Part shown: piece by piece, positions 26,488 to 36,491 of the stretch
Layout: every line of letters begins with the position of its first letter
Numbering within the stretch: the first letter of the stretch is position 1
Source of the DNA: Actinomycetota bacterium
GTDB lineage: Bacteria > Actinomycetota > Coriobacteriia > Anaerosomatales > SLCP01
Assembly (NCBI GenBank): GCA_037446725.1
Contig: JBBIIC010000006.1
Coordinates: forward strand, 424-64,423
Direction of reading: 5' to 3'
DNA: 64,000 nucleotides
Made by a program: the position numbers and the translations under genes
The notes under the pieces: generated by a model
What the model was told of the DNA's origin: nothing
Database searches by the model: none
Seen by the model: only the letters and a program-made list of their open reading frames with translations

Positions 26488-26877
26488 GGCCTATCGCCTC
26501 TCAATCTCCACTTGTCAAAGATCAGTGCGCACGAATGCACAACGACATGTACCAGCGTGGCACGTCGTGGTTGTGCTGGATCTGCTGCGGATTGCCTCTG
26601 CGACATCCCCTGTGTTGCCTCGGTGCCCCGCTCCGCTGTGGTACAAGGTCGGCACCGGGCTGCCGTGGATGGCTCGGCAGTGGTGAGTGTGCTGCGTCTG
26701 CGCTGCCGCGCGTCCGTCGATTCGGAGACGGTGCGCGCTCGTGCACGCTGCTACAGTCCTTCGCGGGTATTCTAGCCTGCGGCGAGACTGATTGACACCC
26801 CAGGGCGCCGCGCGCACGCACGCCCACTCCGGGCGGTGTGGTGTCCCGGCCATACTGACCGTCGGATTCCGGGTACG

Positions 26878-27240
26878 CTATTCGGGCAGCGGCGGCATGG
26901 GCCAGCTACTGACTATGCCCTCCTCGACGATGGCGTCAGCTTGCGCCTCCGACACGTCGTACTTCTCGCGGACTGCCGACTCGTACTTCGCGGTCAGCTC
27001 CAGCCACAGCCGAACGTATTCGTCTACCTGAGGAGGGTCTGAATCCATGGGGTGCGCTGCCTCAGCCTCGGCAACAGCGCGGTCCTGAGCCTCGATGAGC
27101 TCCCAGTAGAACGCCTTACGCTCCTCAAGACTGAGGTTAGTTGGCGGTGGTCCAGGGCTCGGCGTCGGAGAGGGCACCGCACCATTGGTCGCATCCGGCT
27201 TGTCATCCACTCCCGAGGAGGGGGCGTCGCCCTGGGCCAC
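26878..27240 (-). CDS. Hypothetical protein (probably the C-terminal part of a gene interrupted by TGA at 27256-27258)
   Basis: 120-aa ORF with a GTG start, in the same frame as 27256-27486 and only 5 codons away from it. Confidence 0.45.
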   Translation of the reverse strand: MAQGDAPSSGVDDKPDATNGAVPSPTPSPGPPPTNLSLEERKAFYWELIEAQDRAVAEAEAAHPMDSDPPQVDEYVRLWLELTAKYESAVREKYDVSEAQADAIVEEGIVSSWPMPPLPE

Positions 27241-27255
27241 CCGCGCCTGTCGCTC

Positions 27256-27486
27256 TCACACGCTGTTCGCGAGCGGGGCGAGCGCCGTCCGTGTCTCCGT
27301 GACGGAAGAGGCGGCGAGTTCGCCACCGACAACCGGATCGCCTGCCGACGACTCCTCGACCGCAGGATCGAGCTCTGGAGCATACCGTGTGCTCTGGGGA
27401 GTATCCCGAAGTACCGACAGAGCCGTCACGGCAGCAACGACGACGAGCATCGTGATGACGGACAGCGTGAACCTGTTGAGTCTCAT
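27256..27486 (-). CDS. Hypothetical signal-anchored protein (N-terminal part)
   Basis: MRLNRFTLSVITMLVVVAAVTALSVL is a signal/TM segment. AGGAGG RBS lies 6 nt upstream of the ATG at 27486. Confidence 0.5.
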   Translation of the reverse strand: MRLNRFTLSVITMLVVVAAVTALSVLRDTPQSTRYAPELDPAVEESSAGDPVVGGELAASSVTETRTALAPLANSV

Positions 27487-27508
27487 CGAACCTCCTGAGG
27501 ACGGACCG

Positions 27509-27514
27509 ATTATA
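27509..27514 (-). promoter_or_regulatory. Perfect TATAAT -10 box upstream of the 27486 gene
   Basis: The minus strand reads GCGCGGTATAATCGGTCCGTCCTCAGGAGGTTCGATG. Confidence 0.4.
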
Positions 27515-27603
27515 CCGCGCCATCAGCAAGCACAGCGGCGGCCAGTGTGTCGATTCTGTGGAGGACCGGAAGCCGCGACCAGCCCGCGCCCCGCAACGAC
27601 AAA

Positions 27604-27631
27604 GGGCCCCATCCCAATTGGGAAGGAGCCC
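27604..27631 (-). terminator. Intrinsic terminator downstream of tRNA-Leu
   Basis: The minus strand reads GGGCTCCTTCCCAATTGGGATGGGGCCC followed by TTTGTCGTT. It contains the perfect palindrome TCCCAATTGGGA. Confidence 0.65.
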
Positions 27632-27641
27632 TGTCCAGTCG

Positions 27642-27727
27642 TGGTGTCCGAGGCGAGAGTTGAACTCGCACGTCCCTAAGGACACTAGGCCCTCAACCTA
27701 GCGCGTCTGCCATTCCGCCACTCGGAC
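27642..27727 (-). tRNA. tRNA-Leu (anticodon GAG)
   Basis: Hand-folded sequence GTCCGAGTGGCGGAATGGCAGACGCGCTAGGTTGAGGGCCTAGTGTCCTTAGGGACGTGCGAGTTCAACTCTCGCCTCGGACACCA. Acceptor stem is 7 bp. Anticodon stem is CTAGG/CCTAG with loop TTGAGGG. It has a long variable arm, a T-loop GTTCAACT and an encoded CCA. Confidence 0.9.
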
Positions 27728-27783
27728 ATGACCGCGCCCTGGAGCGCGACGGACGACAGTATAGCGCACTCATACAGGGTGCG

Positions 27784-28866
27784 CTATACGGAATCCCGGC
27801 CGGGAGCAGTGGGTCCTTCCGGCTGGTCACCGCTGCCGGAGGGCGCCGCCGCGGTCCTTTCGGCGGCATCTCCGATCGCGATCGGGAAAGGCTTGGCGAA
27901 GTGGCACGCGGCCTGGTGTCCCGGCGCCACGTCGGCCAGAGGTGGCTCCTCCTCCTCGCACTTCGGGAACTGCGCGATCGGGCATCGTGTGTGGAACCGG
28001 CAGCCGCTCGGGGGGTCGATCGGACTCGGGACATCCCCCTTGAGGATGATGCGCTCCCTCGAGCGCTGCTTCGCCGGATCGGGCACAGGAACCGCCGACA
28101 GCAGCGACTGGGTGTAGGGATGGTGAGGTACGTCGTACAACCCCCTCCAGTCTCCGATCTCCACGATCCTGCCGAGGTACATGACTGCGACACGGTCGGA
28201 AATGTGTCTGACGACGGAGAGGTCGTGTGCAATGAACAGGTAGGTGAGCCCGAACGTGTCCTGGAGCTCATCGAGAAGGTTCACGACCTGGGCCTGGATC
28301 GAGACATCAAGAGCCGAGACCGGCTCGTCGCAGACAATCATCTTGGGCTGAAGCGCCAGGGCTCGTGCGATGCCGATGCGCTGGCGCTGGCCGCCGGAGA
28401 ATTCGTGGGGGTAGCGGTTGATATGCTCGGGATTGAGTCCCACGACCTCAAGCAGCTCTTTCACCCGGATGCGCCGGCTCTCCCGATCGCCGATACCGTG
28501 CACAAGTAGTGGCTCCCACACGATCTCCCCGATAGTCATCCTCGGGTTGAGCGACGCATAGGGGTCCTGGAAGATGATCTGGACGTCGCGCCGAAAGGTC
28601 TTGAGCGCCGAGCGCTTCATCACGCCGACGTCCTGCCCGTCGAAGGTGATGGTGCCCGACGACGGCTCGAGAAGCCTCATCACGCATCGACCGGTAGTGG
28701 ACTTCCCGCATCCTGACTCGCCCACCAAGCCGAGCGTCTCTCCCGCATTCACCGAGAACGACACGTCGTCGACCGCGTGCACCTTCTGGCCGATACGGCT
28801 GCTCAGCACTCCCTTCTCGACCGGGAAGTACTTCGTCAGGTTCTCGACGCGCAGCAGCTCACTCAT
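27784..28866 (-). CDS. Oligopeptide/dipeptide ABC transporter ATP-binding protein (OppF/DppF-type)
   Basis: Walker [10 protein letters not shown], signature SGGQRQR and the C-terminal oligopeptide-ABC Cys motif CRFHTRCP. Confidence 0.9.
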   Translation of the reverse strand: MSELLRVENLTKYFPVEKGVLSSRIGQKVHAVDDVSFSVNAGETLGLVGESGCGKSTTGRCVMRLLEPSSGTITFDGQDVGVMKRSALKTFRRDVQIIFQDPYASLNPRMTIGEIVWEPLLVHGIGDRESRRIRVKELLEVVGLNPEHINRYPHEFSGGQRQRIGIARALALQPKMIVCDEPVSALDVSIQAQVVNLLDELQDTFGLTYLFIAHDLSVVRHISDRVAVMYLGRIVEIGDWRGLYDVPHHPYTQSLLSAVPVPDPAKQRSRERIILKGDVPSPIDPPSGCRFHTRCPIAQFPKCEEEEPPLADVAPGHQAACHFAKPFPIAIGDAAERTAAAPSGSGDQPEGPTAPGRDSV

Positions 28867-29882
28867 CGCGCGTCACCTCGCCCGGCGAGTACGCCGCAAG
28901 CCTCGGGAGTCAGGCCCGCGGAGTAAGGACACGCTGCAACGTGGGTGCTGCCGGCCGAGAGCAGTTCGGGCACCTCTACGCTGCACTCCGGTCGCGCATG
29001 GACGCATCGCGGGTGAAAGGCGCATCCCGGCGGGACGTTGATTAGACTCGGGGGCTGCCCGGCGATCGGGTTCAGGCAGGCCTTCTCGTCGACGTCGTGA
29101 CGAGGCAGGCTGGCGAGGAGGCCCCATGTGTACGGGTGTCGCGGCCGGTAGAAGACATCGTCAGCCGTCCCGTACTCAACCTGCTTGCCCGCGTACATGA
29201 CCATGACGTCGTCGGCCATGTCGGCGACGACCCCGAGATCGTGGGTGATCATGATGATGGCCGCACCGGTGCGATCCTGCATCTCGATCATGAGTTCCAG
29301 GATCTGGGCCTGAATCGTCACGTCGAGCGCGGTCGTGGGTTCGTCGGCGATGAGGATGTCCGGATCACACGCGAGCGCCATCGCGATCATCGCGCGCTGC
29401 CGCATGCCACCCGAGAACTGGTGCGGGTAGTCCTTCGCCCGCTCGCGGGCATGCGGTATACCGACCATGTCGAGCAGTTCGACGGTCCGCTCGAACGCCT
29501 CGCTCTTGCTCATGCCCTTGTGGAGCATGAGCGACTCCCCGATCTGACGGCCGACCCGATACACGGGGTTCAGGGATGTCATCGGGTCCTGGAAGATCAT
29601 CGCTATGCGGTCACCGCGCAGGGCGCGAACCTTGGCGTCGTTCATCTTCACAACGTCCTCACCCTTGAAGAGGACCTCCCCATGAACGATCCGACCTTGT
29701 GGTTCCTGGACGAGACGCATGATCGAGAGCGCTGTGACCGACTTCCCGGAACCGGACTCGCCGACAACGCCGAGCGTCTTTCCGGCCTCGAGAGTGAACG
29801 AGACTCCGTCAACAGCCTTGACGATGCCGTCTCGGGTGGTGAAGTGGGTAGCGAGTCCCTTGACCTGCAGGAGCGGCGGCAT
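28863..29882 (-). CDS. Oligopeptide/dipeptide ABC transporter ATP-binding protein (OppD/DppD-type)
   Basis: Walker A GESGSGKS, signature SGGMRQR and CAFHPRC. It overlaps the downstream gene by 4 nt. Confidence 0.9.
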   Translation of the reverse strand: MPPLLQVKGLATHFTTRDGIVKAVDGVSFTLEAGKTLGVVGESGSGKSVTALSIMRLVQEPQGRIVHGEVLFKGEDVVKMNDAKVRALRGDRIAMIFQDPMTSLNPVYRVGRQIGESLMLHKGMSKSEAFERTVELLDMVGIPHARERAKDYPHQFSGGMRQRAMIAMALACDPDILIADEPTTALDVTIQAQILELMIEMQDRTGAAIIMITHDLGVVADMADDVMVMYAGKQVEYGTADDVFYRPRHPYTWGLLASLPRHDVDEKACLNPIAGQPPSLINVPPGCAFHPRCVHARPECSVEVPELLSAGSTHVAACPYSAGLTPEACGVLAGRGDAR

Positions 29883-29885
29883 GGA

Positions 29886-30884
29886 TCAGTCCTTCATCTT
29901 CACGTCGAGCGCGTCACGGAAGCCGTCGCCCAGCAGCACGAATGCGAGCACGGTGGTCAGGATGGCAAAGCCGGGCCAGATGGTGAGCCACGGCGCGACG
30001 AACATGAGCGACTTCGCGTCGGAGAGCATGAGGCCCCATGACGGCGTCGGCGGCTGAACGCCCATGCCGAGGAAGGACAGTGCCGCCTCGGTGATAATCG
30101 CTCCCCCGACACTCATCGTGCCGTACACGATGATAGGCGCGATGGCATTGGGCATGACGTGTCGGAACATGATGCGGAAGTCAGACGCACCCATGGCGCG
30201 CGCCGCGTCGATGTACTCATTCTCCTTCACGGAGAGGATCGAGCTCCGGAACACGCGCGCGATGCTCGGCCAGCCGAGGATGCCGATAGCGATGAACACG
30301 TTGCGGTAGCTCGGTCCGAGGACCGCGATGAGGGCGATGGCGAACAGTATGTAGGGGAAGGCGAAGAAGACGTCGGCCGTTCGCATGACGAAGGTGTCGA
30401 CCGCGCCTCCGCGGTATCCCGACAGGGCACCAAGCAGGAGTCCGATGACCAGCGAGATCGAGACCGCAAGCACGCCGACCGCAAGCGAGACCCGTGCACC
30501 GTAGATGACGCGAGAGAAGACATCGCGGCCGAGTTTATCGGTCCCGAAAGGGTGCTCCCACGACGGCGACTGAAGACTCGCCCCCGGCTCCGTGTTGACC
30601 GCAATCGGGTCGGCGAAGAAGAGTGGCACCCACAGGTCGGCGGTGAGGGTCATGGTCACGACGATCATGATCCACACGAGACCGGTGATGGCGAGCTTGT
30701 TCTTGCGAAGCCTGCGCCACGCGTCGCCCCACAGCGTGCGGCTAGCCGTGACCGCACTGTCGTAAACGTGCGCGTTACCGGGAAGTGTCGGCAGCGTCGT
30801 GCCCTCGGTCTTCACCTCGTGCCCGCACACATCGACCGGGCCGTTGACAGGGTGATCGCGAGGGTCATGCGGCCTGGGGCTCAT
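29886..30884 (-). CDS. ABC peptide transporter permease (OppC/DppC-type)
   Basis: BPD-transporter permease with the EAARAMGAS-type motif (IDAARAMGASDF). Start ATG 30884 overlaps the upstream stop (ATGA). Confidence 0.85.
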   Translation of the reverse strand: MSPRPHDPRDHPVNGPVDVCGHEVKTEGTTLPTLPGNAHVYDSAVTASRTLWGDAWRRLRKNKLAITGLVWIMIVVTMTLTADLWVPLFFADPIAVNTEPGASLQSPSWEHPFGTDKLGRDVFSRVIYGARVSLAVGVLAVSISLVIGLLLGALSGYRGGAVDTFVMRTADVFFAFPYILFAIALIAVLGPSYRNVFIAIGILGWPSIARVFRSSILSVKENEYIDAARAMGASDFRIMFRHVMPNAIAPIIVYGTMSVGGAIITEAALSFLGMGVQPPTPSWGLMLSDAKSLMFVAPWLTIWPGFAILTTVLAFVLLGDGFRDALDVKMKD

Positions 30885-31858
30885 TCGGCAGCACCCCCGT
30901 ACCTGATCCGCGGATCGAGCCACGCGTAGCTGAGGTCGACGATGAGGTTCGTGATCATTACGAGGAACACGATGATGATCGTGCCGCCCATGACGATCGG
31001 CCAGTCGCGCTGTCCGACCGCCAGGAAGATTTCACGGCCGACTCCCGGCCAGCTGAACACGGTCTCGGTGAGGATCGCCCCTCCCATCATCACACCGAAG
31101 TCGATTCCGATGAACGTCACGACGGGGATGAGCGCGTTCTTCATCTGGTGCCTGAAGATGACCGCCCGGCGTGTGAGGCCCTTGGCCTCGGCGGTCCGTA
31201 TATAGTCCTGGCTTCCGGCCTCGAGCATCTGGCTGCGCATGATGCGCGCAACGTAGGCGGTCGAGACGGAGGCTAGGGTGATGGCCGGAAGGATCAGGTG
31301 CGCCCAATCAGGGAAGTCGGCCGATGACATCTGAGACATCGGTAAGTAGAACGCTCCCCCGGTCCACTCTTTCATTTTGATGCCGAAGAGTATCTGGAAC
31401 AGCATTCCGAGCCAGAACACCGGCACTGAGACCAGGATCGAAGTGGAGAGAGTCACGAGCACATCGCTGAATGAGTACTGTTTGACGGCCGAGATGATGC
31501 CGGCACTGAGGCCGATCACCGCCTCGATGATGATTGCTGCTATCGCGAGCCTAATGGTGTTCGGAAACTTCTCCGCGAAGATATCGCGGACGGGACGCCC
31601 CCGCTGGTACGACTCACCGAGGTCGCCCTGAAGCAGGCTGGTGAGGTACATCCGGTACTGCACGAGAAGCGGCTGATCGAGCCCGTGCTTCTCGATAATC
31701 TGCTGGCGCAGCGTGTCGGAGATCGCGCGCTCGCCGGTGATCATCCGCACCGGATCGCCCGGGAGCACGCCCGGAGCCCGTAGGATGAAGAGGATAAGGG
31801 TCACGCCGATGAAGACAGGGATCATCTGAAGGACACGGCGGACTGTGTACTTGAGCAT
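30881..31858 (-). CDS. ABC peptide transporter permease (OppB/DppB-type)
   Basis: MLKYTVRRVLQMIPVFIGVTLILF is a typical N-terminus. It also has a RTAEAKGL motif. Confidence 0.85.
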   Translation of the reverse strand: MLKYTVRRVLQMIPVFIGVTLILFILRAPGVLPGDPVRMITGERAISDTLRQQIIEKHGLDQPLLVQYRMYLTSLLQGDLGESYQRGRPVRDIFAEKFPNTIRLAIAAIIIEAVIGLSAGIISAVKQYSFSDVLVTLSTSILVSVPVFWLGMLFQILFGIKMKEWTGGAFYLPMSQMSSADFPDWAHLILPAITLASVSTAYVARIMRSQMLEAGSQDYIRTAEAKGLTRRAVIFRHQMKNALIPVVTFIGIDFGVMMGGAILTETVFSWPGVGREIFLAVGQRDWPIVMGGTIIIVFLVMITNLIVDLSYAWLDPRIRYGGAAE

Positions 31859-31974
31859 GGCGCTACTTCCCCGCTGTGAGATCGAGTGGCGGTTCGGACG
31901 AGTGGTGCCGGGGCACCCGGGCGGGTGCCCCGGCACTCGTCACGTGGCGACTCTATCAGTCAGCCATACGGCCG

Positions 31975-33624
31975 TTACTGCTCCAGCCAGACTTTCTGGA
32001 AGTCGAACAGGCCGGTGGCGCTGTAGACACCCTCCATGACGCGATCCGAAGCCACGTGGCGGTGGCGATAGAACATGAGCGGAACCAGAGGCGTGTCCTC
32101 GCCAACCTTCATCTCGATCTCGCGGTACATCTCGATGCGCGCATCATCGTCGACCGTGGTGCGCGCCTCCTCGAGCATCGCGTCAACCTCGGCGTTGCTG
32201 TAGCCGGTGTAGTTGTCGCCCGAGCCGGTCTTGAAGAGCGGATAGAGGAAGTTGTCCATGATCGGGTAGTCGGCGATCCAGCCGAGGCGACCGATCTGGT
32301 AGTCCTTCGCATCGAGCTTGTCAAGGTACGCTGCCCACTCGGTGCCGGCCAGCTCCGACTCGATCCCAATCTCGGCAAGATCAGCCTGCACCAGCTGCAT
32401 GATGTCCTCGTGACCGGCGCCGCTGTTGAACTCCAGGGTGATCTTCGGGAAGCCTTCACCCTCCGGATAGCCGGCCTCGGCAAGCAGGGACTTGGCCTCC
32501 TCGACGTCGTAGCGCGCGTACTCGAATCCGCTCTCCTGGAACCCGAAGATGCCCTCGGGCGCGATACCCGTGGCTGGCTCGCGGGTGTCCTCGAAGACGG
32601 TGGTGCAGATGGCCTGACGGTCGATGGCGAGCGAGAGTGCCGCGCGCACGACCGGGTCGCTCAGGACCTCGTCTCCGTTGTTCATGAGCAGGAAGTAAGT
32701 CGCGAGCTCGGTGCCAAGCGAGACCTGCTCACCCGGGTTGAGAGTGTAGCCGTCCGGGCTCTCTCCCCACTCGTCGATCGTCGTCTGGATCTGCCCGGAC
32801 GGGATGCTCGTGAAGTCCACGTTGCCCGCCTGGAACTCGAGGAACGCGGTGTCCTCATCGGCGAAGATCTTGAACTCGATCCCGTCAATGTACGGAGCAT
32901 CACCGTAGTAGTCGGCGAACTTCTCGACCTTGATGTACTGGTCGTGTGCCCACGCTTCGGTCATCTTGAACGGGCCGTTCCCGATGGGCATCTCGCCGAA
33001 GTCACCGGCCTCCACGGCCTCGGCGGGAACCGGGGCGAGAGCCGGGTGGCCGACGACGGACTCGAAGTCGGCGAAGCCGTAGTTGAGGGTGACCTCGAGC
33101 GTGTAGTCGTCGATGACCTTGACGCCCTCGAGCTCGGTCGCCGAGCCGTCCTGCATCTTGTCATAGCCCTTGACGGCCGAGAGGTGATACGAGATCTCGG
33201 ACTCGTTCACGGGGTTGCAGATGCGTTCCCACGCGTACTTGAAGTCCTCTGCCGTAACGTCAGTGCCGTCGTGGAACTTCGCGCCCTCAACGAGATTGAA
33301 CGTCCACACGGTTGCGTCGTCATTGGACTCCCAGGTCTCGGCAGCAGCCGGCATGACCTCGGAAGTGATCGGATCGAAGGCCACGAGGCTGTCGAAGAGC
33401 ACCTGGCCGACCTGGGTACCCTCTGATTCCTGCAGGTTCACGGGATCTATGTAGGCGGGCTCGCTGATGAAGTAGTTGAACGTGCCGCCCTCAACGGGAC
33501 CCTCGGAGACCGGTTCCTCCGAGACCGGCTCCTCCTCGCCGCCGCACCCAGCCAGACCGAGCACTGAGAGCGCGAGCCCGAGCACAAGGAGAAGCGCGAT
33601 AGACTTGCGCCATCTCTCTGACAA
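31975..33624 (-). CDS. ABC transporter substrate-binding lipoprotein, family 5 (OppA/DppA-type)
   Basis: Lipobox LGLAGCGG. The TTG start at 33624 with a GGGAGG RBS is preferred over the upstream ATG at 33660. Confidence 0.85.
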   Translation of the reverse strand: MSERWRKSIALLLVLGLALSVLGLAGCGGEEEPVSEEPVSEGPVEGGTFNYFISEPAYIDPVNLQESEGTQVGQVLFDSLVAFDPITSEVMPAAAETWESNDDATVWTFNLVEGAKFHDGTDVTAEDFKYAWERICNPVNESEISYHLSAVKGYDKMQDGSATELEGVKVIDDYTLEVTLNYGFADFESVVGHPALAPVPAEAVEAGDFGEMPIGNGPFKMTEAWAHDQYIKVEKFADYYGDAPYIDGIEFKIFADEDTAFLEFQAGNVDFTSIPSGQIQTTIDEWGESPDGYTLNPGEQVSLGTELATYFLLMNNGDEVLSDPVVRAALSLAIDRQAICTTVFEDTREPATGIAPEGIFGFQESGFEYARYDVEEAKSLLAEAGYPEGEGFPKITLEFNSGAGHEDIMQLVQADLAEIGIESELAGTEWAAYLDKLDAKDYQIGRLGWIADYPIMDNFLYPLFKTGSGDNYTGYSNAEVDAMLEEARTTVDDDARIEMYREIEMKVGEDTPLVPLMFYRHRHVASDRVMEGVYSATGLFDFQKVWLEQ

Positions 33625-33824
33625 CGTAGTGCCTCCCTTCCAGCATCGTACGGTTATCACGGCCGCGACCTACGACACACGCAGGCGACCACTGCGCGCC
33701 TCGCGGCCTTTTCGCAGCCGTTCCAGCCGCTTCACCACACGCGGCACTATTCAGTCTCCGCCTGTTTGGGCACGATGGCAAGCGGCACAAGCAGGTATGT
33801 TCCGTGAAGTGAGCCCGGCGAGAA

Positions 33825-33846
33825 GCGGGTCCTGAGTAGGGCCCGC
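33825..33846 (-). terminator. Possible terminator hairpin after secG
   Basis: The minus strand reads GCGGGCCCTACTCAGGACCCGC followed by TTCTC. The stem is imperfect. Confidence 0.35.
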
Positions 33847-33882
33847 CCGGCAATTCAAGATTCTGCGAGGCGCGTTGTCGCG

Positions 33883-34128
33883 CTATGCGCCCGGAGAGTA
33901 GGTGACCATCAGCAGCAAGGTTGTCACGGCGAAGGTGATCGCGGCCGCGATGGTGAAGCGGTCCAGGTTCTTCTCTATGATGCCCGTTCCGGCGGAGGTC
34001 GGTGACATGACGCCGGTGAACATCGAGGAGACCCCGGTGCCCTTCCCGGAGTGCAGCAGTATGAGCACCACGAGCCCGACGCTAGCGAGCACGTGGATTA
34101 CGAGCAGGAAGCCGACAAGCACGTTCAC
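33883..34128 (-). CDS. secG: Preprotein translocase subunit SecG
   Basis: 81 aa with two TM helices (LLVIHVLASVGLVVLILLHSGKG). It sits in the conserved position after tpiA/gpmI. Confidence 0.85.
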   Translation of the reverse strand: MNVLVGFLLVIHVLASVGLVVLILLHSGKGTGVSSMFTGVMSPTSAGTGIIEKNLDRFTIAAAITFAVTTLLLMVTYSPGA

Positions 34129-34177
34129 CGAGGATTCTCCTTACGTTGGTTCGCGATCACCCCGACCGCGCGACCAT

Positions 34178-35716
34178 TCAGTATAGCAGGAGGTTGTGGC
34201 CCGTCCACTCCCGGGGCCGCTCCACGCCAATCAGCGCGAGTACCGTCGGTGCGACGTCGGCAAGGATGCCGCCTCCCACGAGACCGGAGATCCGATCGTC
34301 AACGACGATGAGCGGCACATCCGACGTAGTGTGCGCGGTGAACGGCCCTGAACCATCGGGTTCGACCATGCGCTCCGCATTGCCGTGATCAGCCGTGATG
34401 ACGACAGTCCCACCCTTTCCCATCACGGCGGCAACGACCCGCCCGACGCCCTCGTCCACCGCCTCCACGGCAGTCACCGCGGCATCGAAGACGCCCGTAT
34501 GTCCGACCATATCGCAGTTCGCGTAGTTCACGATGTAGACGTCGGCACGCTGCTCTTCGATGGCACGGACGAGCTCCTCGGTGACCCCGGGCGCGCTCAT
34601 CTCGGGCTGCAGGTCATACGTGGGCACGCGCGGACTCGGGACGAGGACCCGTTCCTCCCCCGCTTTGGGTGCCTCGGCGCCCCCGTTGAGGAAGAACGTG
34701 ACATGTGCGTACTTCTCCGTCTCGGAGATGTGGAGCTGGCGAAGACCCGACTCGGCGAGCACGTCGGCGAGCACACAGCACGGGAGGTCCTTCTCGAACG
34801 CAACGGGCGCGGGGATGGTCGGGTCGTACTCGGTCAGGCACACGAAATGAACCGCGGGCCAGGCGTGCCGGGCGAACCCGGAGAACGCCGGATCGACGAA
34901 CACCCGCGTTAGCTCACGCGCTCGGTCGGGGCGGAAGTTGAAGAACACGACAGCGTCTCCGTCCGAGACCGTACCGACCGCTCCCTCACCCGTGCAGATC
35001 ACCACCGGTTCTACGAACTCGTCGGTGACGCCTGCCGCGTGCGACGCGGCGACGGCGGCCGGCGCGCTCGTCGCGACGGCCCCTTCCCCCTCGACGAGCG
35101 CCTTCCACGCCTTCTCGACTCGCTCCCAACGGTTGTCACGGTCCATCGCGTAGTAGCGGCCTGCGACGCTGGCGATACGCCCGACACCCTCGGCAGCGAG
35201 GAAGCTCTCGACCGCCTCGACGAAGCCGAGGCCCGAGTCGGGCGCTACGTCGCGGCCGTCCAGGAAGGCGTGCACGAAGATGCGGGTTGCACCACGGGCC
35301 TTGGCGAGGCGCACCAGAGCGTAGAGGTGGTCGAGATGGCTGTGCACCCCGCCGTCCGAGAGCAGGCCCATGAAGTGGACGGCTCTGCCCGCGGAGACAG
35401 CGGCGTCAACCGCGGCGCTCAGGACGGGGTTCTCGAAGAAGGTCCCTTCCTCGATCGCCTTCGAAATACGCGTGAGCTCCTGATACACGATGCGGCCCGC
35501 CCCGATGTTGAGGTGGCCGACCTCCGAGTTCCCCATCTGTCCGTCCGGGAGGCCGACGGCCTCGCCTGAGGCCCTCAGGGCTGCATGGGGCCAGCGGTCG
35601 AACAGCTCGTCGAGCACCGGCGTGTTCGCAGCGGCGATGGCGTTGCCCGGCCCGGGTCCGGCCAGCCCGTACCCGTCCATGATGACGAGACAGAGCGGCA
35701 GGCCTGTCGCACTCAC
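34178..35716 (-). CDS. gpmI: 2,3-bisphosphoglycerate-independent phosphoglycerate mutase
   Basis: 512 aa with MDGYGL, NSEVGHLNIGAGR and ADHGNAE motifs. Confidence 0.9.
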   Translation of the reverse strand: MSATGLPLCLVIMDGYGLAGPGPGNAIAAANTPVLDELFDRWPHAALRASGEAVGLPDGQMGNSEVGHLNIGAGRIVYQELTRISKAIEEGTFFENPVLSAAVDAAVSAGRAVHFMGLLSDGGVHSHLDHLYALVRLAKARGATRIFVHAFLDGRDVAPDSGLGFVEAVESFLAAEGVGRIASVAGRYYAMDRDNRWERVEKAWKALVEGEGAVATSAPAAVAASHAAGVTDEFVEPVVICTGEGAVGTVSDGDAVVFFNFRPDRARELTRVFVDPAFSGFARHAWPAVHFVCLTEYDPTIPAPVAFEKDLPCCVLADVLAESGLRQLHISETEKYAHVTFFLNGGAEAPKAGEERVLVPSPRVPTYDLQPEMSAPGVTEELVRAIEEQRADVYIVNYANCDMVGHTGVFDAAVTAVEAVDEGVGRVVAAVMGKGGTVVITADHGNAERMVEPDGSGPFTAHTTSDVPLIVVDDRISGLVGGGILADVAPTVLALIGVERPREWTGHNLLLY

Positions 35717-36480
35717 CGGGCGGCCTCACAGATCTCGGCGAACGAGGCCGCCTCGAGCGCGGCCCCGCCGACGAGTGCACCGTCGATGTCCGGCTCCGCG
35801 AAGAACATCGCGGCATTCTCGGGCTTGACCGAACCTCCGTAGAGGACGCGCGTCGACATCGCCGCAGGTGGGCCGAACGTCGCTCCGACCGTCGCCCTGA
35901 TGGACCGGGCGACGTCGTTCGCACCTTCAGGGGTCGGTGTGCGCCCAGTGCCGATCGCCCAGATCGGTTCGTATGCGATGACCAGACGGGCGGCGTCCTC
36001 GGCGGACACGCCCTCGATCCCCGCACGGACCTGCGCCCGCACGAACTGCTCGGTCTCCTCCGCCTCGCGGACCGCAAGCGACTCGCCGACACACACGATC
36101 GGCACCATGCCGGCCGCGAAGACCGCGTGGACCTTCTTGTTGACGGTCTCGTCGGTCTCGCCGAAGTACTCCCGGCGCTCGGAGTGACCCACGATGACGT
36201 AGCCGCAGCGCAGGTCGACGAGCATGCGGGGCGCGATCGCACCGGTGTAGGCACCCTCGGCCTCCCAGTGCACGTCCTGCGCACCGAGGCCCATTGTCAG
36301 CCGGTCAAGCTCGATCACGGTCGACACGCTCTTCAGCGCCGTGAACGGCGGGCAGACCACGACCTCGACTTCCTCCCAGAGCCCGGAGACGAGCGGCTCG
36401 ATGTTCTGGGTGAGGATCGCGCCCTCCCCGGCGGTCTTGTACATCTTCCAGTTGCCCGCGACCATCGGTCGGCGTGCCAT
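35713..36480 (-). CDS. tpiA: Triosephosphate isomerase
   Basis: MARRPMVAGNWKMYKT..., VIVGHSERR and AYEPIWAIGTG motifs. Confidence 0.92.
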   Translation of the reverse strand: MARRPMVAGNWKMYKTAGEGAILTQNIEPLVSGLWEEVEVVVCPPFTALKSVSTVIELDRLTMGLGAQDVHWEAEGAYTGAIAPRMLVDLRCGYVIVGHSERREYFGETDETVNKKVHAVFAAGMVPIVCVGESLAVREAEETEQFVRAQVRAGIEGVSAEDAARLVIAYEPIWAIGTGRTPTPEGANDVARSIRATVGATFGPPAAMSTRVLYGGSVKPENAAMFFAEPDIDGALVGGAALEAASFAEICEAAR

Positions 36481-36491
36481 ACGCACCCTCC

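Noticed and set aside
26567-26585. Perfect TGGCAC hexamer (TGGCACGTCGTGGTTGTGC) in the 390-nt non-coding region
   Set aside because: The downstream TTG is displaced by 2 nt, so there is no GC at the -12 position. It is on the plus strand with no plus-strand gene downstream.
27256-27258. Selenocysteine reading of the in-frame TGA in the 26878-27486 gene
   Set aside because: There is no neighbouring Cys or redox motif, and I could fold only a weak 3-bp GGG/CCC hairpin downstream. A nonsense mutation or sequencing error is more parsimonious. It is kept as a finding only as a disrupted gene.
33625-33882. 258-nt leader upstream of the Opp/Dpp operon as a riboswitch
   Set aside because: It contains hairpins (a probable secG terminator and GGCCGCGA...TCGCGGCC), but I could not match any known riboswitch core by eye. 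It is more likely a terminator plus an ordinary promoter region.
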